A stretch of 64,000 nt of DNA from Eledone cirrhosa (taxonomy: Eukaryota). The position numbers and the translations under genes were made by a program. The stretch's first letter is position 1. Each line of letters starts with the position of its first letter. The notes below the pieces were generated by a model that made no database searches, had not been told where the DNA came from, and saw only the letters and a program-made list of their open reading frames with translations. Positions 36,095 to 50,200 of the stretch are shown one piece after another. The DNA lies in contig OZ024741.1 of assembly GCA_964016885.1 (NCBI GenBank), positions 351,912,001 through 351,976,000 on the forward strand, read 5' to 3'.

Positions 36095-38070
36095 CTACCG
36101 ATGCTCTTTTTTCTGGTGAGACAATTACAGGAGAAGCTAAGAGTAAGTCACTGTCTAGCATTTGTAGATCTGGGCGCTTAGGAAGCTAGGTATAGACAAA
36201 TGGCTTGTGTGGGCCGTGCAAGCCATATATAGAGAAACAACTAGCAGAGTGAGAGTTGGCAATGACTACAGTGATGAATTTGATGTACAAGTGGGGGTCC
36301 ACCAGAGATCAGTCTTCAATCCACTCCTGCTTATCATTGTCCTTCAGGCCATCACTCTGGAGTTTAAAATTGGCATTCCATGGAAGCTCCTGTATGTTGG
36401 TGACCTATAGCTGGATTTGTATGAGAGTTAGAGGTAAAATTTAATAGGACCTAGAGTTGAAATAGGTATCACTATGAATTTTTGAAAATATTTAAATCTA
36501 ACTTCTGTGCTTTTTCTTGGACAACATCCAAAAAGAAACATTTTGATGCCTCATTTGTGAAATTTGTCAAAATCTTACCTAATTAGACCTAATGAATAAT
36601 TAGCTATATTTGTGATATCATATCTTTGAAACGGGGGTGATAGTCATCTTCAAATTACACAAATTAATAGTGACCATGGGATAGCAGGTGCCTATTTTTT
36701 TTAGGTTCTTGAAAATGAAACTTTTCTTTTGGCAAAATTTAAATAATTATGCAAAGCCTATTTTGTTGCATCTAACTGGATTTTGAAATGTGAGCTTTTC
36801 ATGTGTTTTCAGACCTAGTTAAATCAAAAAGTACAAACCACAGGGACTTGAGTTTTGGCACATTTGTTGTAGGCATAAAACTAAATAAATCCTGTAATTT
36901 TGGGACATGATACCATTTCAATAAAATTTTAATGGATTATCAAAAATAGTTATAAACAATTAAATTACAGTGATTAAAGGCCATTGCAAGCTTTTCATAC
37001 ATTTTCAGACATGGCTATATTGTGATCCATTACCTGCAGGGGGCTAAGCTTGAACATGCTGGTACAGAGTATAAAACTGAATCCTCTCTGTAAGTTTGGA
37101 ACTTTGCAATACATTTAATAGGCATCCCTATAGAGCTCTGTTGTTTTTTTTATCAAAAGTATATTAGAAGAAAGTTCACATCAAGAACTTTCAAATGATA
37201 TATAATTGTCCACAGAAAAAATGTATTTTGACATGAAAATGATCAAGCAAAAAGTGGATTTTTGTGTAGTCAAACTGTGCTTGTTGTCCCCTTTTACGGA
37301 GCTCTACTGTGATACCTAGTTGAAAGGCCTAACAGTAAATTTAGCAAAGATGAAAGTCTTGATAAATAGGAAAGAAGACAGGAAATTGATATCATCAGGA
37401 AAGTGGCCTTATTCAATATGTCAGAAATGGGTAGGCAGAAATTCTATAAGGTGCACACAATGTAACTTATGGATGCACAAGAGATGTAGTAGGATTGCAG
37501 GTAGACAAACGCAAAAGACAGACTTTATATGTGGCAGATGCACAGGGTAAGTGAGCACAAAGAGCACATGTGAAATAGATTCCTTCAGCTGCCAGTGGAG
37601 CTTCTTAGAAGTTGTTGAAAGCTTTCGCAACCTAGGTGATATGCAATGCTACATGGCAGTGAAACATGGGCCTTAATTGAAGAAGACCTGTGGAGCCTAG
37701 AAAAAAATGAGTTGAGTATGCTCCAATGGAGAAATAAATAAATAAATAAATAAATAGTGACAACATAGCATAAGTAAACTGAGGGGAAAACATAGTATAA
37801 GCAAACTGAGGGAAAAACTCAGTATAAGAGGAATTGGATGTAGTGTGCAAGAGAGAAGATTGTGTTGGTATGGGCATGTGATGCACATGGAAAATAACAG
37901 CTGCATAAAGAAATGCAGAGAAACCCCACAGGCTGGGACCCATGGAAGGGGCAGACACAGGAAGATATGGAATGAGGTTGTAAAGACTGACCATAAAAAA
38001 CTAAACCTCACAACAGAAATGACTAAAGACCATAAGGGCTGGCACTATGTGGTGTTGAAGAAGACTTGAC
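36095..38070 (+). mobile_element. Decayed RTE copy interrupted by a TIR element
   Basis: VGVHQRSVFNPLLL, PWKLLYVGDL, KGLTVNLAKMKVL, ERRLCWYGHV. Confidence 0.75.
36463..37318. mobile_element. Non-autonomous TIR DNA transposon (856 bp)
   Basis: TIR TAGGTATCAC...GTGATACCTA. TSD GTTGAAA at 36456-36462 and 37319-37325. Excision restores the RTE motif LExKGLxVNL. Confidence 0.8.
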
Positions 38071-38080
38071 TTGCATCATA

Positions 38081-38203
38081 TAATTGTTTCTACTTTAGGC
38101 ACAAGGCCACCAATTACCCAGTGCGTTACTGGCACTTTATTTATCGACCTCGTAAGGATGAAAGGCAAAGTCAACCTCGGCGGGATTTGAACTCAGATCG
38201 TAA
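38081..38203 (-). mobile_element. SINE family A (truncated)
   Basis: Core and tail match the other copies. Confidence 0.75.
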
Positions 38204-39009
38204 AAATATGACCTGATCTACCCTACGTCCCCCACTTCCACTCCCTAACAGCTATTCTCAACATTACTACACTACTCCCATCACACACACAGACATTCAT
38301 TGCTGCACCCCCCCCCCTTGTGAAGTAGTTGGTGATGGAAAGGACTTTCAGTGGTAGAGGGTTTGCTAAACAAAGGGTTGGGAGGACTGTTTATTTGTGT
38401 CAAGGACATGACAGCCTCCCTAGTGTTTGGTGGTCTTCATTCGGCAGTCAAAGAGTTCTGGATTCAGTTCTGTTGTATGGCACCTTGAGCAAGTGTCTTC
38501 TACTATAGTCTCAGGTTGAACACTGTCTTGTTAGTGGAATTTTGAAGACAAACTGTAGAAGCCCAGTGTGTGTATGTGTCTGTTAGTGTCTGTGTTTATG
38601 TCCTGCAACTTAGCAGTTAAAGAAAAATGAGATTGATAAAATATATACTCGGGTCAATATGATCGACTAAATCACGAAGTTCCAGCATGGTCGTAGCGTC
38701 ATGACTGAAATCAGTAAAAAACAAAAAAACAAAACAAAACAAAAATAGCAATAATAAGTAGAATAATAATCAATAATAATCATTAGGGAAATAATAACAA
38801 TAATAATAAATTACAGTGTGGGTAGAGTTGGGTGGAGGATTGAGGTGAATATTGATTGCAAGTTATCTTGGTCAGTTTATTTATTTATTTCTCCCTTTCT
38901 TTGTCAGGTCTTTATGGAATATCTTAGTCAGTCATTCTGACATGAAGTTGTTTTATTGACTGACTGCAGCTGCAGCGTTGTAACGATGGATGATGCACAC
39001 TGCAATCTA

Positions 39010-39084
39010 GTGGTGGTGGTGGTGGTGGTGGTGGTGGTGGTGGTGGTGGTGGTGGTGGTGGTGGTGGTGGTGGTGGTGGTGGTG

Positions 39085-39133
<49 letters not shown>
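39010..39133. repeat. (GTG)n(GTA)n microsatellite
   Basis: Perfect trinucleotide runs. Confidence 0.97.
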
Positions 39134-40227
39134 AAGATGTTAATATGGGGAAAAAAGGAAATTAAAATACTGAAATTTGCAATCAGATTTTTAAATGAAC
39201 ATTTATTTTTACTCTCTGAATAAATGACTATTATATATATACACCATACACATTATATATACACTGCATATGCATATATATACACACACATATATATGTA
39301 TATATACACACATAAGTATGCAAATATGTATTATACACACATATACATACACATATAGATATATAAATTATACACTCACACACACAATACATGACACAAA
39401 CACACATATAAGCTTAAAGGCGCACATACACATTTTCAAATTAAACTAGGATCTAACACTCTTTCTACAAAGCCCAGCACATCCATTTCATCGAACCGGT
39501 ATGTCTTTGTTTAATCAACTGAAGCAAATAAAATAATAAACAAACATAAATTAATATGCACAGATGGAATGCATTGTGCATATAGTGCTGCAGATTTGCA
39601 GGTAATCTATTATTTTTGTACTGGTTTCAGTCATTAGATTTGTGGCCATGCTGGGTCAATGCTGTGAAAGGATTCAGTGAATCATATCGACTCCAGTACT
39701 TATTTTACTGATATCTTTTTGTTGAGCTGCTGGGTTATGGGGCATAAACAAACAGACATGGATACACACACACACATATATTCAATGGGCTTTTACAGTT
39801 TTTGTCTACCAAATTTTACTCACAAGATGTTGGCCAAACTGCAGTGGGAATGAACACAAAACCATGTAACAGTGAAGCAAACACCTTAACTTCACAGTCA
39901 TGCCTACATCTATTTAAGGCAAGTATATGTACAAGAAGAGAATGATGGAATTAGTTAATTTACGCAACTACAATGTACATGTGTTGCTGCTTGTGTCTAC
40001 TAATCAATCATGATGTATTCGGGCAGATACCACTGTATGTTGCTATTGGAAAGTGTCTATTCTATGTTACAGAGTCAAAGCTATCATTATCATCATCATT
40101 TTACATCTGTTTTCCATGCCAGCATGGATTGAATGGGTTGACAAGGTCAGAGATTAGATGGGTTAGGGGACCTCATCTTGCTTTATGTATTCCAATTTTT
40201 TAACATGGTTTCTGCAACTGGATGCCC

Positions 40228-41190
40228 TTCATCATCATCATCATCATTTTACGTCCGCTTTTCCCTGCTTGCAAGGGTGGGACGGGTCTTATTCAGCACA
40301 GCATCTCTCCACTCGTCACAGTCCTTCGTCATCTCCACCGTGAGCTTCAGCGATCTGAGGTCTGTTCTCACCACCTCCCCCCATATTTTCCGTGGTCTAC
40401 CTCTACTACGTCTTCCTTCAACTGGCATTTCCTGGCACTTCTTCACCCATCGGTTAACCTCCATGCGCATCACATGTTCATACCACCACAGTCTCCTCTC
40501 TCGCACACTACATTCTATCCCTCTCAGACACAGTTTCTCTCTCAACACATTTATGCTGGGTCGTTCACGCACATTGACATTGCACATCCAACGGAGCATG
40601 CTTGCCTCATTTCTCTCCAGCCATCGCATATCCTCTGCAGTTGCTGCCCATGTCTCACTACCATGCAGCATCGCGCTCCTCACACAGGCATCATATAACC
40701 GGCCTTTCGTACGCAGGGAGAAACCCTTCTTCGTCAGCAGAGGAAGCAGCTCCCTAAACTTCTTCGAACCCGTCCTTATTCTAGATACTATGGCCTCGGA
40801 ACACCCCCTCCCATGCTAATCTGATCTCTAGGTACCGGCAGCTATCCACCACTTCTATAACACCCGCCTGCATTTGAAAAATGTGTCTATCAATGCGACT
40901 TCTACTGTCTAATTTCCCTGTACATCTACTGCATACGTATTTCTCCTTACCTGTTAGTTTGCCTGCTATCCCACTACATCTCTTGTGTACCTAGGATCTG
41001 CATTGTGTGCATTTTATAGAATTTATTGCCTACGTCCCCTGATGCCTTCAGCATCTCAGCAACTATCCCCGATGGTCCAGCAGCCTTACCATTTTTCATT
41101 TCCTTAATCGCCTCTTGGACCCTATATTCGTCAATCTCAATAGCTGGTCCCTCTGTCAGATCTACTGAGGGTAATTTCTCTCTCCCTGAA
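40228..41190 (-). mobile_element. RTE family B fragment, internally deleted
   Basis: HGSETWAATAEDMRWLERNE...GRPRKIW...LASREKRT* runs directly into a (GAT)n tail. KAAGPSGIVAEMLKASG lies upstream. Confidence 0.82.
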
Positions 41191-41289
41191 GGGTTCTCCC
41201 AACCTTTTGTTTGGCAAGTTTTCTGTTGTTTGATGCCCTTCCTATATATATAACAAACTGAAATGTAGTAAAAAATAGCCTTCAAAAAC

Positions 41290-42450
41290 AAAATGCATCA
41301 AATTTGATTTAAAAGAGACTTTATATCTTTTCTTTGGATTACTGTTTTTTCTCTTTCCCAGCATAAGCTCACCATAAAACATTTGTTTGAGTACGTGATT
41401 ATCATCCATACATACAAGTTGGTCTGTCCATTGTAGTTGATTTCTAATAAGCATGGCTTGGACTCATTTGATCCAAGCTACAGTGAGAACCTCAGTTCCA
41501 GGAAAGAGCAAGGACCAACTTTTTCTGAGTATGTGGCAGAGGCAACATTTTTACATGATGCATATATATTGTCCAAGTTTCAGAAGAATACAGCGGTGCA
41601 GAAAGAACAAATGAGATATATACCACAATCTTAGTGTCAGCTTTGATATGGCATTGTGACCAGACTTTAAGTTCTAGGCTACCAAAGGCTTTTGGTGCCC
41701 TTTGAATGCAAGAAGTGATTTTTGTATCTAGGTTTCCATCAACATGTACCAGGCTACCCAGGTATTCAAAAGAAGTCACAACTTTAAGCACTATACCCTT
41801 AACCAGTATCTGAGGGCAGGTTGATGCATTACAACAGCTTTTATCAAATTATTTCCAAGACTAAAAACATTACGTAGAATCAAATGTAACTAATTAGGTT
41901 CTGTTTAACCTTGTTCAGTGTGATTTACTAGGTCACAAGTCATTTGCATATAAAAGATCAAGTACAAGAAGTTCATTCTTGTCAGATTAAACACATTATC
42001 TAAAGAGAAGTATTGAATATAGATGCTATCTATTTAAATTACAAATCCATTTGATAGCATAGCTGCAAAATATATAGAGAAGAATGTTAGTGCTTCAAGA
42101 TCACCTTGCTTAACTCTATTTTCAACCGGAAATGGTTCTGATAGGGTTCCACAAAGTTAACCCAAGCCTTCATATCCTTATAGAGAGTCTTGGTTATATT
42201 CACAAACTTTTTAGGACAGCCAAATTTATTCAGCACTAACCACAGAGTATTCCTGTTAACCATGTCAAAAGCTTTGCTAACATATAAAAAGCTGCTGGAT
42301 AGTGAAGATCATATCAACTCTCCTTTAAGAAGCGTGAAAACCACATTGTGGCTGATACAGGTATCAGAAAAATGAATTTATCAAGGTAGTCTAAGAGAAC
42401 ACAAGAAAGCACTTTGCCAACGACTGACAACAAAGATATTCCACATGCAT
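41290..42450 (-). mobile_element. Old BovB-like RTE RT fragment
   Basis: VVTSFEYLGS, LYSSETWT, KQMFYGEL...KKRYK, with many stops. Confidence 0.7.
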
Positions 42451-44279
42451 ACATAACTATATATACTCATCTATAAGTCGAGGAATATGTAATCAATGCA
42501 TTCCCTTGAAAATATTTCCAACAAATTTTTATAATTTGAACTTTTTAATACTTAAATATCCTATACATATACAAGCATCCACATGTGTATGTATATATAT
42601 ACATGCATGCATGCACATGTGCACACACACACATACATATTTTTTTCTGACTTAATACATTTTCTTTCAATCTTACATAAAATTGAAATCTTACTTCTGA
42701 CTTATTTTAGTGCTCTCGCTCTTGCCCTCACTTTTTCTAACTCTAACTCTCCTCTCTCTGTCTGCCTTGCTGCTTCTCCCTCCACTTCTATTCTATAAAT
42801 CCATACACAAAGTTCACTTATTTGATCTCTTGCTTTCATAGTACTCCTAGCAAGTGAGTGGCCGAAAGTAAACACAAATTCATGAAATATATCGAAATTT
42901 TATAAAATGGATGAAATAGTAACAAACATTACATAACTCATAAATAGTAACAAAAAAACATTACATATATTCTAAATGACACTTAAAATATTTTAAACAT
43001 CAAAATATTAAAACTTCAGACATTAATTTTATACTAATGAGAATCTCAAAACCACACCATCTAAACATAATATGTTGATTAGCTGCCTCAGTTTATAAAT
43101 GGGGTGTGGATTTTTGCCCATTTCTCAGACATAAAATAGGGGTTAGCTTATATTTGAATTGGGTTATATTTGAGTATGTACAGTATATACATACATATGT
43201 ACATGCATGCATATGTACACACACACATATATATGTACATACATACATATACATACATACATACATAGACATACATATATACATGCACCTGTCTAACCCA
43301 TGCATCATGGAAAATAGACATTAAACAGTGGTGATGATGATGACATACAAACACACACTTGTACACTTACACACATACAGACTATTAGATTTCATTGAAA
43401 AACAACTGGAATGAATCACAAGAAATACAAAATATCTGAAGAAACCATAGAAATTACTTAAATATTATCATTACTAGTTGCTATGGTAACAACTGATCAG
43501 AAATCACTGCTGATTTCTCAATGGAATGACTGACCTTAATTCATTGGTTTCTAGGTAGAATATTAATTCTTAATGTTCTATACCACATGAAACTGCATTA
43601 ACCCTTTCTGTCTATCATTTAGAAAATAATCAATTGAAGGGATTTAGAAATATAATGAATTTTCTTATTATTAAAATAGTGCTTAGAACATAAAGGTTTG
43701 TATTGAAATAACAATGAAAGGTTTTAGTATGGTAGAATCAAAGGCAGTTTTGTGCAATTTGGTATCAAAAAGCTGAATAAGACACTCATAAAATATACAA
43801 AACAGCAATATGATTGCATCAATCTGTCCATAGTAAAGATATTACAAGCATTTGAATTAACAAACGTGCTTTTAAATATTCTTTGCTGAATCACTATTGA
43901 ATGTTAAGAGTTAAACAGAAGACTATAGACTTAGATGAATAAGGCCACTTGTTTACTTTAAGGCATTAGTCAACTCGAGGCTATAGTAGGAGACACTTGT
44001 CCAAACCCAAGTGGTGATGAAGCAAGCTTTTTATCCACACACCCATGCCTGCACCACTACCATCATTATGGGTTGGATGTGTTGCCACAGACCAAGTCAG
44101 TGCTTAATATGCTTAATTCAAGCTACTGTTCTCCAAAACAGGCTGGTGGCCATGTATCACATATATTCTAGTTTTGGCATAGTTTTTATGGGTGCTTTAA
44201 TTTCCTGGTACTAACCACATTACAGATTGAACTAAGTGCATTCAGGTAAGTGTAAAAGCCAAACTCGCTATCTTCAATT

Positions 44280-44990
44280 TGGTATTTGTGCCATCCCTTA
44301 TCTATATTCAGTCATGAGTCTTGAGTAATGTCCAAAACAATACAATCACAAATACACGCAGCCAAACTAGGGTTCCTCCGAAGGGTCTTTGGAGTAATGT
44401 GTTCGATAGAGAGTATCACTCTAGGTAGAGCCACTATTTCTCCAAATTGAGAGATCATAGCTCTGATACCATGGACATGTGGAAAGAATCACAGAGTTTA
44501 CAGGCAAAACCAACTGGCAGTAGCCAGAAGTAGACCCTGCAGGAAGGTATGATTGAGGACTCTGCCCTCATGACCCTCCCAGGAATAATTGAAAAAAAAA
44601 GAAGGTAACAAAAGCTGTCAATAACATTTATGGATCCTCTCAGGTGACTGAAGGAATGTATTTCACATGTGCTTTTAATGCTTACTTCTCTTGTACACTT
44701 ACCACATACAAAGTCTCTTTTTTGTAAACTGCCTGTAATCCCACTATATCTCTTGTGCATCCAGACTACACTGAGCATCTTATCAAATTTCAGCTCACTC
44801 CTTTTTGACATATCAAACAAAGCCACTTCCATGATGGTATTAAACTCATGTCCTCTGTCCTTCTTATTTAGACTTTCATCTTTGCTAAGTTTACTATGAA
44901 GCCTTTCAATTATAGGCTTCTCTTCCATGCCTGTGTCACTCTTAAGGACTGATAGAAAGACCAATAAACAAATGCAAGGTAACATCCCAA
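44280..44990. mobile_element. Decayed RTE-type fragments on both strands
   Basis: Plus strand AAKLGFLRRV-like segment. Minus strand VWMHKRYSGITG...FVCGKC...DSFCYL. Confidence 0.55.
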
Positions 44991-47070
44991 CATCTTTGTT
45001 ATCATTATAGTTATAACTATTATTAGTCTTAATAAAACTATTCTCATAATCCATATATATATATAATAAGAAGTTGATGGGACTAGCATAAGATTTTCCT
45101 GCTAGTACCGGTTGCATCTCAGCATACTCAATAGGTAAGGTTATGTAAAAATCCCAGAGTAAACACAGAGTTAATTGCCTCAATATATATATATATATAT
45201 TTAAGGTGTTTGCTCTAACATAACTGTATATTTTGTATATCTAGCGATATACAGTATGTTTATGAATAAACGTTTTGAAAGCCTTCAGCTATGAATTTGG
45301 AAACTCATGAAGTAGCGCCATCTAGCAGATTCCAGCAGAAGCTAAGGCTGGGTAACTGATGACGATGTCGTTTCTGACTGGTTGTTATTAAGTCAGTGCT
45401 CCCTTACCTTGCTCTCTGCTGGAGCTCAATATAGGCAAAAACACATAGTTTTGACACCTATGTACATAGGCTGATTAGCCCCATTTGCATATAAAACTAT
45501 CAGCTGGCTTGGTCAGAAAATAGAATTAAGTTATGATGCAAGACTATATGATTTCATTAGGTGTTATTTGCGGAATTATATAACAGGATTACATTGAACC
45601 CAAATAGAGAATAGAAAATAGAGGACCGATTCAATTTGGGGACAGTTTGCCAATTCGATGTTATATCGATGGTCCCCATTCCTGCACCAGCCACGAGATG
45701 CCACGTCTATGATGGATGATTGGCATAATGTTGAGTGCTTTAATCAATTTATTGCATCATCATTTACCAACCCAAACCACCAGTTCTACCTATTGGTAAA
45801 TAGCATAATATAAATGGTATATATATATATACTATATGCTACTGTCATGATAAAATTGCACCCAATCCACAGTAAAGTGGTTATCATTAGGAAATCATGT
45901 CAAAATGGAATGAATGAGCAAGACATGGTCACCTGACCTGTCTAGTCCCAGTGTGTGACAACCTGCCTAACTCTAGCCAGATAGAAGCAAACATAAAACA
46001 GTGATGATGATGATGACATATATGCGTGTGTGTGTGTGTGTGTGTGTTTAACTGAAACTTTAGGTTCTTTACATCGTTTTTAGCATCATCATGTAGAGAT
46101 GTAGGTGGTGTAGAGATGGAAGCGATCTTTTTTTTATTTTAAAGTAAAATTATACAATAATACAATGGGTGAGTCAGTGAGGTAAAATTAGAAGAATGTA
46201 ATAAATAAATAAATAATAGTCTGACAGAAAAAAATTACAAAAATTATAGGAAATAATAGCAAATAAATATAGATATATATGTAGAAAGTGAAATAAGCTG
46301 ATAGAAATAGTGATGTGTTGGGGGTTTGTTTCTGCCCACTCCTCCCACCTTTGAAAAGAAAAACAGAACAGAAGCTAAGGGGAGATTGTTGATTAGAGCT
46401 GAAAAATATAAAGAAGGATTTTGAGTAGTAGTAGTAGCAGCAACAACAGTAGTAGTAGTAGTATGAATTATGATCTGGTAAGAAGAGAGAAACAGATAGA
46501 CAGACTTTCATTACCAAAGAAGTATGTCCTGGATTTTTAGGAATATGTCAAGAGAGTTAGAAATTAGGAAAATTAATCAAAGGTTAAACTGATGTTATTT
46601 GCTTTACTCTTTGTCATGTTGTATATAGTATAACATGTATTGTTAAGTGTATGTATATTTATGGCAATATAGAGTGTGACAGTTTTTTTTTAAATACAAA
46701 ACTTGTAATCCTTTGAAAAACTGTAAAATTTTACATTCTTTTACAATTTTATGACAATTAGTAATGTCAATGTTTGTTATATTACTCTTCATATTAAAAT
46801 AAATTTGCTCCATTCTACAGTAATGACGAATTTGAATTTGATGATGATGAAATTCAAGTTGATGATGACACATTTGAAGTTGAAGTGGACGTATTTGCGA
46901 TTTATAATAAAATTGAAGTTGGTAATGATGAAATTGGAATGGAAACAACTCTATGTCTGTATGCCTATATATATATATATATGTATGTGTGTATATTTAT
47001 ATATGTGTATACATAAGTGTGCATACATATATATGTGTATACATTATCATTATTATTATTATTATCATTA

Positions 47071-47260
47071 AGGGTGGTGGATTGGCAGTATCGGTAGAGC
47101 GTCAGTCATCGTATTTTGCAGCATAGAGTTATGGCCCTTTACGTTCTGAGTTCGCATCCCACCGAAGTTAACTTTGCCTTTCATCCTTACGGGGTCGATA
47201 AAATAAAGTACCAGTAATACACTGGGTAATTGCTGGCCTTGTGCCAAAAGCAGAAACAAT
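47071..47260 (+). mobile_element. SINE family A, full length
   Basis: Head TTGGCAGTATCGGTAGAGCG, B-box-like GAGTTCGCATCC, core and (ATT)n tail. Confidence 0.82.
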
Positions 47261-47277
47261 TATTATTATTATTATCA

Positions 47278-50200
47278 CCATAACAGTAAACACAGTTAAA
47301 ACCAACAGCACTACCACCGCCATAAACAACACCAGTGACCTCATGAACACCAAGAACAACAATAGCAGTGACAAAAGCAACAACAACAACAAAACCAATT
47401 AAAAGATTAATAACACCAACAACAATGCAACAAAAACGTTTTAGGACATCGCAAAAGTAAATGAAAAAGGAATGTTTTAACACTGAAAAACAAAATCTCT
47501 GAAGTGACTGAAGCCAAAATAATATGATTTGGAGACAGGAAGGCAACAGTAATGGTGCCACCCAAAATAATGGCAGAAGGACCTGGTGAGCCGAACCGTT
47601 ACACAAATAGAAAAGGCACTAAAAAATGTAATGGCAAATGTGGCCCATATATAAAGAAAGACAGTTCACCAGCATCGTGGTCCTCTTTAAAAACAAGGAC
47701 CTTGTGCAAAAACATTCAGTGTACCTCTGTTGGAGTGAGGAGTTTGTCTTTTATCCAACCTGCCTTTCAAGGAGAACTATCAGGTGGAAAATACTGGGTA
47801 TTTTGCCAGACAAACATCTGGCAAATCTTGGCCTGCATTGTCCTTGGGGATCTAGACAAACTCATTAAGGTTAAATGCAGTGAAAGAAAAAAATTGGTCC
47901 AGGATAAACATGGAGATGAAGCCAGATCAACTAGGAAAAATCCGAGACCTAATACAGTTGCCCAATGGAGTAGACCTCTGAATAAATATCGAAAGGAAAA
48001 AGACAAAATGCCATCTGTATAGATCCACAAGCCAAATAAGAGTTTTCTTCCCACAAAAAATAAGAAACCAGAGGCCATGGTTACTACCAAAAATAACAAC
48101 TACTATACCAGCAACTGTAAATCACACAAGACCACCACCACCACCACCTGCTGCTGCTGCGGCAACGACAACGACGACGACGACGGCGGCAGCAGCAACA
48201 GCAACAACAACAACAACTACTGTAACTGAGACAACTACAGCACCAGCAGAACCACTAACACCACCAACAAAAACACCAATGCCAGTTGAAGACCCCAACA
48301 GCATACAGATGAATATGGATTGTAAGGAGAGGCATGCTGTCTGCCACAAGAACAAACTCCCTGTCTTTGCTCCCCACCCCCGAAAAAGGGTGAAAAGAAA
48401 AAAAGTTAAAGCAGTGAGGTAACAAATGCTAACACCCATTCAAAACTCACCATTGATACCACAATGGACACCACAAGCACTAACAGCATCTACAATACAA
48501 TCCAACAGATAACAACAAACTCAAACCTAACAAAGACACAAACTTCACAGCAATAAACACAAACAACAGAAGACTAATTTACTACATACAGCACAACTCA
48601 ATAGTACAGAACAAAATACATTACTCCCGCAGCAAAAAAAAAATTGCACAACCCACACACATAAAAATAATCACAACAGATCAAAAACACACACACCATA
48701 AAGAAAATTTCCTTAATGCAATTGGGGATCCGGGAGGTAAGTAAACCTTCCCTCTCTCTTTTAGCTTGCCAACATGGCCATATTAAGAGTAGGAAGTTTA
48801 AATGTTCGCAGCCTGGGGTCACCCTGGAAGCAGAGTCGCCTGCTCAACGACCTCAGGTCGCTGGAAATGGATGTGATTGCCGTCAGCGAGACCAGAATTT
48901 CCAACACGCGCGCACTAGCCCCCATTTTCGACGACTATCAGATTTTGGCATCAGTTAGCAGACCGGGAATGGGAGGTGGGGTGGCAGTGCTGTTTAGGAA
49001 AGGACTGGACCTTGAGGTAAGGTCGATCTTCCGGGACCTGGACGGTAAGTTGGTGGTCTTGGATGTGAGCAGTAGCGAAGGTGGTGCCTTTAGACTGCTG
49101 GCCGTCTATGCCCCTACAGGGGCCGGATGACCGGACTTCTTTAGGCGCCTGGAGACCTTTCTGGGTACGTCTCGCCCTTTACTGTTAGCGGGGGACTGGA
49201 ATGGCATCTTAGACGCACGCTGAGATTGTGTGGGAGTTGCCGATAGAAACGGAGGGTGCAAAAGCCTCAAGCACCTACTCAGCCAGTTCCAGCTGTCTGA
49301 CAGATATCGACTAGATTTCCCCAATGTGCCAGTATGGACATGAACCAACCGAATGGGGTCATCTAGATCATATATAGACAGGATCTTCATTAGGAAAATA
49401 GATAGAAATAGTGTAGGCTGCCCACTTTTTAAAACGGTCGCCTATTCAGATCACAAATTTGTGATTTGTACGGTCGACCTAGATAAAACGAGTAAGTTAG
49501 GACCGGATTACTGGAAGCTGAACATGTCATTTCCGGCACATAAGGCTTACAGGGACCGAGTCAACAATTTAGTTAAGCAAAAGTTGACAGAGGGAGGGAT
49601 CATCAACAACAGATGGTGGGGGGGCTCTCAAAAGAGAGATTAGAGTAACTTCGATAGAGTTCAGCAAAGACCTAGTGTTAGAGAAAAATTGAAAGGAGGG
49701 GGAGCTGGTAGATAAGTTAGACGAGGCTATTAGTAGTGGCATTGCAACTGACGTGCTAGCGGCGAGAATGGCATTGAACCATTTCTTCAATGCAAAACAC
49801 GAAGGTTGCATTGTCAGAGCTAAGGCACGTGCGCTGAGAAACGAGGGAACCAAAGCTGTTCGATGGGCCCGCGTGGCGGAGGTGCAGCGTGGTAATAAAA
49901 CCACAATTCAGTCTTTGGTGGACCGAGACGGACACGAGATAAGCGATTCCAAGCGGATGTGTAAGGCCTTTCGCCAGCACTTTGCTTGGTTGTTCGGGGA
50001 GAGTGGCGAGTCAGAGAGAGTAGCGGATTTCAGTCCCTACCTTGACGGTTTGCCGCGCATCTAGACAGTCGACACTGAGCGCTGCGAAAGGCCGATTACT
50101 TCAGCCGAAATTCAGGACGCCCTTGTCGGCTGCATGAGGCGCAAGTCACCCGGTTTGGATGGCCTGCCCTACGAGCTTTACGTAAATATGCCAGACTTGT

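Noticed and set aside
38880-39165. Strong plus-strand acceptor at ~38908 and a poly-Val ORF
   Set aside because: No matching donor or credible reading frame. The poly-Val is a (GTG)n microsatellite.
44455-45183. 242-aa ORF
   Set aside because: It is a patchwork of decayed RTE fragments and low-complexity DNA.
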